A DNA stretch of 63,593 bases, filler included, from Perkinsus chesapeaki ATCC PRA-425 (GCA_013115145.1; 8 parts of 8 records of this genome joined end to end with filler, not necessarily neighbours in it); one strand, 5' to 3'. Shown: positions 49,801 through 59,699, counted from the whole stretch's first letter. The notes: generated by a model not told the origin, from the letters alone. Numbers and translations are program-made.

Positions 49801-52800
49801 CTAAGGAAGGGAACGCCTCTATGGTGAATCCTCCAAGGACGCCACCATCTAATTCCGAAGTGGTCTCCTCTGTTGGTAACGCTAATGTTATCCATGAGGA
49901 ATCTAGAGATCTATGTATAGTCCCAGTCACATCTGATGACGTGGACATCAACTTCCATGCTCTATCTCCGACAACCTCTAATAGTCCTGAACATGGTTCT
50001 AAGCGGACAACTATGGTGGTTGGCGACTTGTGTATCTATGGGACTACAAGGCCCGTGCTCTTTGATACGGGAGCTGACGTGAGTCTAATTGCAATCTCTA
50101 CACTTCGAAAACTAACACCAGATGGGAAGGTACGTCTACCCCCGAACTCGCCTATAGGTCGAGTTAATGTTGCTAACGGGGGTCAACTCGACATCTTGGG
50201 CAAGGTCAATCTACCGGTTGGGTCTAATAACTACCAGGTCACTGATACCTTCTTATTGGCTTCCGACCATCTAAGTACTCCTGTGATTATAGGATGCTCT
50301 ACCATGGCCAAGCTCAACACCGTCATCTCATTTCTACCTGGTGGATCGATCCGTATCAACATTGGCAACAAGCTTGGGCCAACTCCAACTGCTGAACCAT
50401 GTGATTCTCTAATGTCACCACGATCTATTGCTTATGTTCGCAAGGTTGGCATTATGTGTCTCACTGATTCGACATCTCAGTCTACAAGGCTAATGTCGCC
50501 AGCACTATCGAGGCCCATCTATAACGTGACGGTACCAGAGGATTTCTCTTCTGCTCTCTGGGCCTATAAGTCACTCAATCCTAACTGCGGTATCTACCCG
50601 GAGATCAACGATGGTAATCTAGACTCTCTCAATCCAGCTGATGAAGGAGGTGTCACTACCGAGTCTATAGATCCCTTGGAGATCAATAGAGACTTTCTAC
50701 CACCCCAACAAGCTATTGAAAGAGACTGGGTCAAGGATGCTTTAGCACCTCTAGGTCGAGCCCGACCTCGAGTGCCGTGGAAGAGCCCATCTTCTAGGCC
50801 CCGCTACAACTATCATCTGGCTGCTAAAAGAGGCTTGGCATCTATCAAGGGTCTCTCCGATGAGCGAATGGATATGTTTCATCGAGCTCTAGATGGGTAT
50901 ATATCTAAAGGCTTTTGCTCTATAATCAAAGACAATCGCCGCGACCCGTCTAAACCTACCCCTTCTACTTGTCAGCGTATATGGGATAAGCTAACTGAGG
51001 GAACGCCCTACTATGGCACGGCCGCCCCTCTACCAGAACATTTTACAGCTAGTCATCTAGTGTATAGGGACCAACATCCTACAACTCCCTGTCGTATCGT
51101 CTTAGATTACCGCGAGGCCAATCTATTCTCTCTACGTGGGGGCTACCCACAAAACCATCTACATGGTACTCTACTTCTACTCCGATCGTCGAAGTACTTC
51201 GTGGCCGGAGATCTAAGTAAGGCATTCTGTAGAATGCAATCTAACCGCAGTGATATCCCTTATGTGGGTTATACCTGCCTAGGACCCTTCACTGTTCTAT
51301 GGGTCCGCGTTGGGTTCGGCACTAAAGCTGCGCCAAATATGCTTGATAGCACAGTCGATGATGTCACAGACGAGATCTACGGTCTAACACAACTAGTGTC
51401 TACGGCTGAGGAGGACGTCAACTACTTGGATATGGCGGAGCTGGACTCTACGCATGTCAAGGACTGTCTACTTCTTCCATCGGATGAAGCCTACGACTAT
51501 CTACGTGAGGGACCATCTGTTCCTCGTCGTGTTAAGCTTCTAAAGTTCGTCGACGACATCTACGCTCTAGGCTCTTCTGTCGAAGAAGCCCAGCGGAACT
51601 ATAGTTTCGCGTCTCATGTTCTAAAAGGACATGATCTACCCGCTGAGGATCTAAAGAAGTTTGAGAACTGGCTCTCTCAAGTTGCCGAAGGAGTCGAGAA
51701 ACGTGGACACTTACTAGGCTATGATTATCTACCGTCTAGCGATGGTCTATACCCTACTATGTCCGCTGAACGTCCACAAGGTGACCTGTCTATGACCAAA
51801 CGGTCTGCGAGTAGTGTTCTAGCTTCTCTATACGACCCTCTCGGTATATTGATCGAGCATGATATCCTCGCTAGATCTATTTGGAGGAATATCTGTCTCG
51901 AGGCTAAAGACTGGGAGCAAACCGTCTCCCGCCCTCTACAACAACAGGTGACTAAATGGGCTATCGAGTCAATTCACATATGTCAAGCGGTGTCTACAAG
52001 ACGATATCTGCCTTATGATAGTGAGCTGATTCTAAGCACGGATGCATCCAAGGATGCTTGGGGTGCTGATCTACGCCTAAAGTCACGTCCGGATACAAGG
52101 TTGTCAGCTAAAGGCGCTCTCTATAGTAGCGCTAACCTTCCCTGGTCTATCCCCAGGAAGGAGCTCGATGCTCTTCATCGAGGGCTTGTATGGGTAAAGG
52201 CTCTATCTCCATTCTTACCAGTGCCAACTATCTACGGTAAGAACCAAGCACCTCTAAACAAGCTGTGTCCTGACATACCTACCTATCCCCTAGTGGTCGC
52301 CATTGACTCCGAGCTCACAGTCTACCGTCTTAAGAGACCATCTAATGATGAACGACTCCAATCACCAGAGAAACGTCGCCTTCAGGCTATTCGTGATCTA
52401 TGTGTCCAACTACATGCTACAGTTCGACATATACCTTCAGGCTGTAATCCGGCCGATTCTATATCACGTTATTCTATGGGCAAAGCTTTCAATGGTGCGA
52501 AGTTAGTCGAAGCTATAGACTCTGACACGGTTATCTACGACCCCTTCGAGCCTCTAGAGACTTCTCAAGACTTAGATGTCGAGGAAACTCTATGCTGTTC
52601 TATCGCGTCATCTATCGACGACGCGGGGTGGGCCCTTACCACCCCACTAACTAATGCGGGGTGCTGCTCTCTATCAGCACCTACCTATGATAATGATATC
52701 TGCACTATTGCTAACGCGGGGTGCGGCGCTTCGCTTGCACCTGATTCTACGATTATATCTTCAACTATATGTGGATCTGGTAATCTAACGTGTATGACTA

Positions 52801-55244
52801 CGTCTACGCCTTCTACAAGCAGCACTGTCGTGGACGCGGGGAGGGGTCAGGGCGAACAGCCCGAGCTAGGAAAGGGCTACCCTCACAAAAATTCTCAAGC
52901 CACGACCCATGGTACAAGTTACCCTTCGCTCTCCGAGAAGTCTACCCCCTATCCTTGTCAAGGCCGGTGTCATCTCATCAACTGCGACGGTCTAGATGTC
53001 CCTGATATCGACAAGACTGACCTAGTAGCAGAGCTGAAGGTTGAATTAAAGAGTCTTGCACGACATATCGACACTTCCAGAGGGATCGAAGCTGATCTAA
53101 CCCAATTGGCCGACAACATCGACTTCAACGCCGATCTAGTTGTATGTCTTAAACGGTGTCAATCTGAGGACGAGGATCTGCTCAAGTTCCGTGACTACCT
53201 TCTAGGTAGAGTACCTAAGAGTTCAGTAGGTCTACGATCTACTGTCTTCGACAGGTTCGAGGGTCATTGTTATCTAGACCCTAATGGTATTATCAGACAA
53301 AGACCCTGGTATGAAGGTCCCGCTCGAGAGGATGATGTCGACGGAACCATCTACCTCGGTACTTCTAGGTATGCTAAGTTGGTAGCTAGTATCCTTTGCG
53401 CTATCTACCACTATGTTCTATCCCACCCGGGACAACGTAAACTACGGCTCTTTTTGCAACGTCGATATTCTGGGCGTGGTCTTACTAAGATTATAGCTAA
53501 AACGACATCGAGCTGTACTTTATGCCTCAAGGCCCGGGCGTCTAAAGCTATTCGCTATGCAAATAACGCAGTCCAAGATATGGTTGTGACGCAGTTATGG
53601 CAGCTAATAGGAATTGATATTCTAGGGCCCTATGGCCGGGCCTCTACGAGAGATCGAGGTGGAGCTAATCGAGGAGAGCATGTATACCAGCTCGACCCCG
53701 CTAAGGACTATTATGCTCTAGTCTGCCAAGATGGCGTCAGTGGTTTCATTGCTTCTAGACCACTTCGAGACTGTAAGGGATCTACCATAGCCGCAGCCCT
53801 TCACTCTGTGTTCTGTGAGCATGGCCCACCTAGTGTGGCTCTATGTGATAAGGCTCATGGTTCCCTATTATCTAAGTCTGTATTGTCTATTATGGCCAAG
53901 CATCGTTGCCGACTCTACTGTCTACCAGGTTACAGTCCGCATGAGTCCTTTTGGGAGAGATCGCACCGTGATCTAGCGGAAACTGTTCGCACTATCAGTG
54001 GGTCTGCCGATGATCCTGCTGATCATTTGTTCAATCTTATGCTGGCTATTCGTATCTATAACTGCAGTCCTAAGCACTGGACCTATATGAGTCCCAGTTA
54101 TCTACATTATAGCTATGGCGGTAGGCTACCTGGTGACGCGCCTCCATCTACTATAAGGTTCGATAAGCTGGATTCTCGCTATATCAATGCTGAGTATCTA
54201 CCCTTTGCTCGTGGACTACTTCCTGTTCTTGCAGATTACCAAGAGAGAATGCGCTCTAGTGTCGAAGAATATGTCGAAGCCTGGCGACAGAAGCAAGCTG
54301 ATCTACGAGAGCGCTATATCAAAGAAACTCCGCAATGTGACTGCCTACGAGCGTTCGATCTTGTCTATCTACTCAACGCTCCAGACGTCGACATTGGGAA
54401 TCACCTTTCTACTAAGTGGCGTGGTCCATATACTGTAGTATCTATGGCTGGATCTAGTATGGCTAGATTGGTCTATGGTGTGGTACTTCCCACTGATTAT
54501 GGTGGTATATTGGAGGTCTCCGATGACAAGAAGTCCATTTCTAACTGGCCTCTACCTGATAAGCTATTACAGGCCGCTACAAGGAATCTAATTCCTGCAA
54601 AGTCATTGCAGAGCCTCATCTATGATCACTATAGACGTGGTATTAGAGTATATCAGGATATTCATGGAGATTTTGCAACTATGGATGCGTCTATGGATGG
54701 CTCTGATCAATCTAAGATCCAACTTGAACGTGCTCGACAATTATGCTCTCAACGCTCAGTTGGTACTTCTATTGATGGTCCTATGTTACGTCCAAGCAGT
54801 CTTACAGCTGAAGAAGATCTAGGTTGTCCGTCGAGTTCTAGCTCATCTTCGACGGTCCCCCCTGTACCTGAGGTTCAAAGATGTTCTACTTCTACTGGTT
54901 CTCAGTCTAGGTCAACAACTGCAACATTTGGTTCCAGGTTATGTGTCTATCCACAAGATGGTTGGTTAGTAGCATCTACTTCGAGGGTCTACAGCGGTCT
55001 AGGAGTTGTGTCCGCAAGGTCTTCTACAAGTAATGCAACAGTCTATTGTGGTCCTGAAACTAAGTTAGTGAACATCAACCCTGTCGATCTTGGTCGCCTT
55101 GGTGATTTATCTATCTCTCCTGATGTGGAAAGTGTTATCGTCGAGCAGAGAGAGTTGATCTACATTGCCCCATCTACAAGAAGTCTCACTAGGTCTCTGT
55201 TGACTAGAACGTCTAATCTACTAGAACGACTTCATCAACTGTGA
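46752..55244 (+). CDS. Gag-Pol polyprotein, 2830 aa (gag, 3 CCHC knuckles, protease, RT, RNase H, integrase)
   Basis: QQPGESLFKFISRLEALA; CYRCLQTGHPARAC and two further knuckles; LFDTGAD; GDLSKAF, RVGFG, FVDD; ASLYDPLG; STDAS..SIPRKELDA; H..H..C..C, IGIDILGP, FWERSH, KWRGPY. Confidence 0.97.
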   Translation: MELRSGSKLPITPKTNSRTGSRLSRVAFSLSPSSRIPSHSTGIDDPLRVPLQVYSGQTDDNKANSDTLDGTQSIACEPPHLGTQDGQPEHPPGVHPRDSSKEKDPTSSQGPKRLVKGPCTIVKSRLKTPVARLRGACLPDRRGSARGAPNSSSRSAHMQSTQPTSNGELSLGTVPQGPHLAASVPAASPCFGNTASTSPTTQPLASTSTTTPAQEQQCHRNATTSPCSNEHRGVVSQGGYLEQDDVYKSTAEHVETISSRPVQAAAERSMYKNIVPCSNVVIACQPEFPPCQYGYSISHLYNKSEIKADEGKPRQDLERVPLYPCGPLARPGCSEPFKHEPGHCEDPLGRSDPSIMAGHDSSTGISFGGIGGSNGGGLGGSMTGGTNVGPIQDNLGMFQPGRPWGDPAYDYSYGINLPIWGSNEIYPSSTSEVVRNLGRAPAATYQSPPCAQPCPVTIESNSQRLPREGNAVFGGTSTSHAGSQHLAGPPHHGRLYASINPAFPNNMAMGNTQANDTAKPTGSNNRAQYYHIDTCRLQPHQAQQCYHQDDGNSAVYHPRERAHYPSSDDGQETNRSSPSSRYHADRRHRRAPHYSSTSNRRRSSSSSRRSSSTEGSFNSRGRYREPTRGSTTRLHSRHRVYDTEEFYVPAKRSIAGYHSKCPGCHRKPCAARIPDKDFDSASNNATRRPSKSIFAGDDDDRSGSTFCREIDQAMEGHNAISRYLWAKNNIDPGLWRKLTNSLEPPARCHESYEWHLNRLHRELRRRFDTDEALARTEYKFNTCTQQPGESLFKFISRLEALADELVYLQAGPRQSTLKRRLYDGLCSNNLREKVEIEVGDRRVSYEKFVDLLSDCDRRRLGRQRRPETAKSTIEGPQLSRDKSISTSRSKARVNAIDCVCEDSDIDEDANYCYAVGADLVSIKCYRCLQTGHPARACTSNEVAQLSTRCSKCGNPNHDESTCKVPTKSLLCPRCQQRGHLAYVCTAKKPVEGQSRKGGPKPRPDSKQPLDRPANSGTKEGNASMVNPPRTPPSNSEVVSSVGNANVIHEESRDLCIVPVTSDDVDINFHALSPTTSNSPEHGSKRTTMVVGDLCIYGTTRPVLFDTGADVSLIAISTLRKLTPDGKVRLPPNSPIGRVNVANGGQLDILGKVNLPVGSNNYQVTDTFLLASDHLSTPVIIGCSTMAKLNTVISFLPGGSIRINIGNKLGPTPTAEPCDSLMSPRSIAYVRKVGIMCLTDSTSQSTRLMSPALSRPIYNVTVPEDFSSALWAYKSLNPNCGIYPEINDGNLDSLNPADEGGVTTESIDPLEINRDFLPPQQAIERDWVKDALAPLGRARPRVPWKSPSSRPRYNYHLAAKRGLASIKGLSDERMDMFHRALDGYISKGFCSIIKDNRRDPSKPTPSTCQRIWDKLTEGTPYYGTAAPLPEHFTASHLVYRDQHPTTPCRIVLDYREANLFSLRGGYPQNHLHGTLLLLRSSKYFVAGDLSKAFCRMQSNRSDIPYVGYTCLGPFTVLWVRVGFGTKAAPNMLDSTVDDVTDEIYGLTQLVSTAEEDVNYLDMAELDSTHVKDCLLLPSDEAYDYLREGPSVPRRVKLLKFVDDIYALGSSVEEAQRNYSFASHVLKGHDLPAEDLKKFENWLSQVAEGVEKRGHLLGYDYLPSSDGLYPTMSAERPQGDLSMTKRSASSVLASLYDPLGILIEHDILARSIWRNICLEAKDWEQTVSRPLQQQVTKWAIESIHICQAVSTRRYLPYDSELILSTDASKDAWGADLRLKSRPDTRLSAKGALYSSANLPWSIPRKELDALHRGLVWVKALSPFLPVPTIYGKNQAPLNKLCPDIPTYPLVVAIDSELTVYRLKRPSNDERLQSPEKRRLQAIRDLCVQLHATVRHIPSGCNPADSISRYSMGKAFNGAKLVEAIDSDTVIYDPFEPLETSQDLDVEETLCCSIASSIDDAGWALTTPLTNAGCCSLSAPTYDNDICTIANAGCGASLAPDSTIISSTICGSGNLTCMTTSTPSTSSTVVDAGRGQGEQPELGKGYPHKNSQATTHGTSYPSLSEKSTPYPCQGRCHLINCDGLDVPDIDKTDLVAELKVELKSLARHIDTSRGIEADLTQLADNIDFNADLVVCLKRCQSEDEDLLKFRDYLLGRVPKSSVGLRSTVFDRFEGHCYLDPNGIIRQRPWYEGPAREDDVDGTIYLGTSRYAKLVASILCAIYHYVLSHPGQRKLRLFLQRRYSGRGLTKIIAKTTSSCTLCLKARASKAIRYANNAVQDMVVTQLWQLIGIDILGPYGRASTRDRGGANRGEHVYQLDPAKDYYALVCQDGVSGFIASRPLRDCKGSTIAAALHSVFCEHGPPSVALCDKAHGSLLSKSVLSIMAKHRCRLYCLPGYSPHESFWERSHRDLAETVRTISGSADDPADHLFNLMLAIRIYNCSPKHWTYMSPSYLHYSYGGRLPGDAPPSTIRFDKLDSRYINAEYLPFARGLLPVLADYQERMRSSVEEYVEAWRQKQADLRERYIKETPQCDCLRAFDLVYLLNAPDVDIGNHLSTKWRGPYTVVSMAGSSMARLVYGVVLPTDYGGILEVSDDKKSISNWPLPDKLLQAATRNLIPAKSLQSLIYDHYRRGIRVYQDIHGDFATMDASMDGSDQSKIQLERARQLCSQRSVGTSIDGPMLRPSSLTAEEDLGCPSSSSSSSTVPPVPEVQRCSTSTGSQSRSTTATFGSRLCVYPQDGWLVASTSRVYSGLGVVSARSSTSNATVYCGPETKLVNINPVDLGRLGDLSISPDVESVIVEQRELIYIAPSTRSLTRSLLTRTSNLLERLHQL

Positions 55245-55355
55245 TGGTGATGGCATGGTCTATTATGTCATTTGTATTCGTCTGCCCCCTTTGGTCTATG
55301 ATGTCGATACCATAGTATCAGGTATCTACGTGTGCGTCTCGTGACGCGCGGGGTG

Positions 55356-55759
55356 TGTGCGGTCTCCTGTGACCGCGCGAGGGAGGTTCTCGCTCGCCCT
55401 AAATTGTCTAAGCGAAACCGTCTAACGGTGGAAGCTGTGTTGAAGCCAAGATTGAGTGAATCTACGAGCCTTTGTGTGGTTCTAGTATTACCCTTTGAGT
55501 TGCTTTGTGCTCCTCATAGTTGCTTGTGCTCTAGTAGCCTTAGTAGTTGCTCAAGCGCGTTAGACTTGCGATCGTTCTGTCATTAACTAGTTAGTATATC
55601 TAGTTCAACGCTCTATAGAAGTTGCGTTAAGCCTCAGGAGTCCATGGAATTAAGATCAGGATCTAAGCTACCTATTACACCTAAGACTAGCTCTAGAACG
55701 GGATCTAGATTGAGCCGCGTTGCTTTTTCCCTTTCCCCATCTTCCAGGATTCCTTCACA
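55356..55759 (+). repeat. 3' LTR
   Basis: Copy of the 5' LTR, preceded directly by the purine-rich CGCGGGGTG. Confidence 0.95.
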
Positions 55760-56190
55760 TCCGAAGCACCGGGCGTGCGCCATTAGTCAGCGCAAGATTC
55801 TAGAAACGTTGAAACTACTGAAACGGTTGGATACTACTGGACGTCTGTATTTGATAGATATATACTAGTGGTTGGAGTTGAGAGACTCTAGGTTGTTGGA
55901 ACTAGATAGTTGGAACTACTAGCGTGTCTAGGAACTAGTTATCTGGTTCTAAGACTACTTGGTCTGTTCTCGACTTAGTGATTGCACTAGAGAATTGATA
56001 CTACTAACACTTGATTAACTATGGTTTTGGGTTAACTAGTTTCGAGATATTAGTAGTAAGGATTGCTAGGATTCGGTTCTTCTACGGGCCTAGGCGCCAG
56101 CGTTCGGCGGCGCTTACTACAGCTCTTTTCCCTTTACCTTTACTATTATAAAGGCGCTGCCCGCGCCCCGGCCCGCGCATAATCCCCTGT

Positions 56191-56350
56191 CAGAATCAAT
56201 TCTCAGCATTGATTCTGAGAATGTAATTTGTTGAACACGTTTCAGAATCAATTCCGGAATACATTCCGAAATTTTTCGGAATGGATTCCTCTGAACACGA
56301 TTCCAGAATAGATTCTGAGAATTAATTCTGAGAATCAATTCTGGAATGTA
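56191..56350. repeat. Cluster of AGAAT/ATTCT-based direct and inverted repeats
   Basis: cagaatcaat-7nt-attgattctg, attccggaat, cattccgaaa-tt-tttcggaatg, agaattaattct. Confidence 0.8.
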
Positions 56351-56938
56351 TTTTGGCCAAGTTTACTGAACAGCCCGCAAGTCATACTCTCAGTGTGAAG
56401 CTCCATATAAGATACTGAGCTTACGCCGCTACATGAGTTACGCATAATATCAATCATAATACCATCTCGCTCTGTTCCTCCAATCTCACCCTAACGTGCA
56501 GAAACTAAACGTGGGGAGCCGTAGATAGACAGTGGATCATACCCTAAGACCAATCAGACGGCGGAGTTCCTCCAAACTACAGCGTAACGTCCCTCTACTG
56601 TGAGCTTGCAAACCTCTCAGCCTCTATCTGACCGCTGGTTAGGTAGAGTCTATGAAACTCGTAGCCGCTTGCTTGTTGCACAATTACCCCCTATTATGAG
56701 GGACACTGCGAACTGACACTGAGCATACTCAACAAAGCCTGAATGAGCATTTGGAGAATGACGATATCGTTGAAGATGACAATAATGCTAATAGAAATAA
56801 GAAACCTCAATTGACGTGGAGACGTCCAGAGGATCTAAGCAGGCTAAGTCTTCACTGCGAAGATAGAACGAAGGCTTATTGCACTTGACGAACTTCAGTT
56901 ACTGGCAATATAACCATAGACTCACATACACCATGGTC

Positions 56939-57346
56939 TTACCATTTACGATATGTATACTGAATCGTCTTGCCATTCTCATACCGAATCACATATGCAT
57001 CACCTGTATCATTACGGACCAATTTGTAAAGAGTATGACGACCGATCCACGCTGGGTACTCCTGCATCCATCCTTCGATCTGTTTATCGCTCCATACCGG
57101 CAAGATTACATCGTAAACACCCACAAAGTATGTCACGAACACTGGATGGTACTTGAACATTGGCGGTACGAAGGCGGCCTTATTGTGATAATAGAGATTA
57201 AAATACGCGATTGGATAATCAGCCACGTGCTCGGATACAGGTCCGTAATACTGCCCAATGCTTGGTGGGGCCTCTTCCCTAGTATCAGTTGCTCTAGTCA
57301 CGACAATGATTACGGTGTAACACAGCAAGGCGAGGACGGTAGTCAT
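56939..57346 (-). CDS. Putative secreted hypothetical protein (Tyr-rich); the 3' end may splice on
   Basis: Signal MTTVLALLCYTVIIVVTRA and an open, protein-like frame; gtaag donor at the ORF end. Confidence 0.6.
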   Translation of the reverse strand: MTTVLALLCYTVIIVVTRATDTREEAPPSIGQYYGPVSEHVADYPIAYFNLYYHNKAAFVPPMFKYHPVFVTYFVGVYDVILPVWSDKQIEGWMQEYPAWIGRHTLYKLVRNDTGDAYVIRYENGKTIQYTYRKW

Positions 57347-59699
57347 AGTAGTGGAATATAACGAATGCTTGACACTAAATTCAGAGAGCGAAATTGCTGC
57401 AGCCACTGTGATAGAACTCAATGTCAGGCTTGGTTAAAGAATATAGAGTTCAAGTTTAGGCAAGAATCATGAGTCGTAGAAACCTCTGCCCGGACTGAAT
57501 GCCAGGACTCGACTATCAAACACAAATTACGCTGCATAATTGACCAGGTTCCAATACTGTAGTTTGCACCCAGCTTATGAAGGGGCGTACCCGTAGGAAA
57601 ACTAGCGGAGGTACACGTGCGGCGCAAAAACTCCAATCGGGTACTCGTCCTTGTTACATGCTCTAATACATTAAAAATCATTATGACAATATGAGCGGTG
57701 GCGATCCAAGGTGGGGTGTTTACAGTATAAGCTCTTGGAAATAAGTAAGTGCGTCCTTCATTATTGGTCCACCATAAATGGGAATAGGCGTCGAAATTCG
57801 CTACACTGCAACACGCTAACCGCGTGGCACGCGCACAACTCCATTTCACCGCACCCTCCCTCAGGGCATTAGGAAGGGGCGCACTTCAATGCTCGTCGAG
57901 AAGTGTTGTAGGCATACCTACAATGTGACAACCTCAATCGGGTACTCCTGCTACGTTTGTTAATACAAGACATATCACAATCTCCATTAAGGAAGAACTG
58001 TCGTCCTTGAATGTAAGGTAAATAACGAGCAGTCTGAGTAGTAGGAAGCATATCAATTGGCAAACTCGAGTTTGAATAACCATGCCTGAGGCGCGCGTAC
58101 ACCTGGATTTTACAGTTACGAGCATGTTACTTTCAATATGTCTAATGCATCACCTCATCATTTTGATACGAAACCTTACATTTACTTGCGCCAGCGCCGC
58201 CCAACTTGACAATAGTCTAACGGCCGATATACGCTGGGTAATCCCGTTTCCATTTGTACATTTGTGAGCTTATCCAAAACAGCGAAATTACACCGTTGGA
58301 AAGCACGATGTAGTGGACCGATTCCGCTGGACTCTTACTTGACTGCAGTTTGAGGTTAAAAAGAGGATTCGAATTCCACGATAGATATCATATTTTTCAT
58401 AACTTCATAACAAAGCTCCGTATTGGAGATCAGAATATTAACCAACATCGTTAACCCGAAGTAGGCGGGAAATTAACTCGAATACGTGTTGGGCCAAGTC
58501 CTCTACACCTTTATCCGTGCAAGTTCGACAGCATGTCAACTAAGAACGACAACAAGTGACCAAGTTCGATACTTTAGACAAAACCCTTATACCTTCCATC
58601 AAACTGTAGACTAAGTACTGACAACACTTCACCGCGCATAGCTATAATAAACCGCGATTGATTACTGTGGTTGCGTTGCCCCCTTGGACTGAACTCTGAG
58701 TCATTAACTTATACCTACGTCGGTCTGTACATAAAAGGCTTGCAATTAAGAGACATAGTAGTTCAATCAACATAGAGCTTGGTGTTATTTGCTGGTCAGC
58801 TAAGCCTCCTTGAACGTATGAATCATGATAGTCCCGGGTGATCGTATCACCGTCACACCGTGAGTATTCTCGGTCGCCGGTTCAATTTCACAAAGCTACT
58901 AAAGATGTAAACTTGGCCACCTTAATTGAAAATTGACTTTGATAATATTCAGAAGGCTTTGCACCGTAAAATCGTTCCGCTTACCAGGTAACCGGGGTAA
59001 GTTTACTTGAGTTTTCAACCCTCACCCTTTAAGGTAAGGAACCCTACTCTTACTGGATGAGATCTTGAGAAACACGGGTAAGTTAGTGAGTTTGTTTCAC
59101 TTACCTTGGATCTTAACCACGTACTTGACTTCCCGGTAGACCACCTCCAAACTAAAGTCCGGAGGACTTTACAGCNNNNNNNNNNNNNNNNNNNNNNNNN
59201 NNNNNNNNNNNNNNNNNNNTTAATTAATTAANNNNNNNNNNNNNNNNNNNNNNNNNNNNNNNNNNNNNNNNNNNNTCAAGCTCTAAGCGGACGGAGTATA
59301 CGTCTCGTATCGAACCAGTCAGTCCGAAGTCGGCGTTCGCTGAAGTGGTATGCCTTGAGTGGGACATCAAACATCGGTCACCAGACGGGTGACTCACCAG
59401 TCATCAGGACTGGCGCGAGGCTTCTTACTCAGTACCACTCCGGAACCAGACTCGCTGCGCAGCGCGCCAGTAGGGACCACAATCTAACCCTTGTATGTCG
59501 CCGCCACATCCAAGAGGTTTCAGTCAAAGCCAGCTCTGCAGGTGCTATGAGCCATATTGAATCATATGTGTAGCACCCTCACTGAGCACACAGACTCTTC
59601 CAGAGGCACTCTAGTCGATTATATCTAGCGATCCTGCCTCTGATTGTAATATGATAACACAAGGGCTGAAATTCGGTTTATTTTGTAAAGACTTCACGC

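Larger units (their letters stand above)
46464..55759 (+). mobile_element. Full-length LTR retrotransposon (Bel/Pao-like pol), 9296 bp, TSD TCCG
   Basis: 404-bp TG...CA LTRs at 46464-46867 and 55356-55759 with one visible mismatch; TCCG flanks both ends; single gag-pol ORF. Confidence 0.96.
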
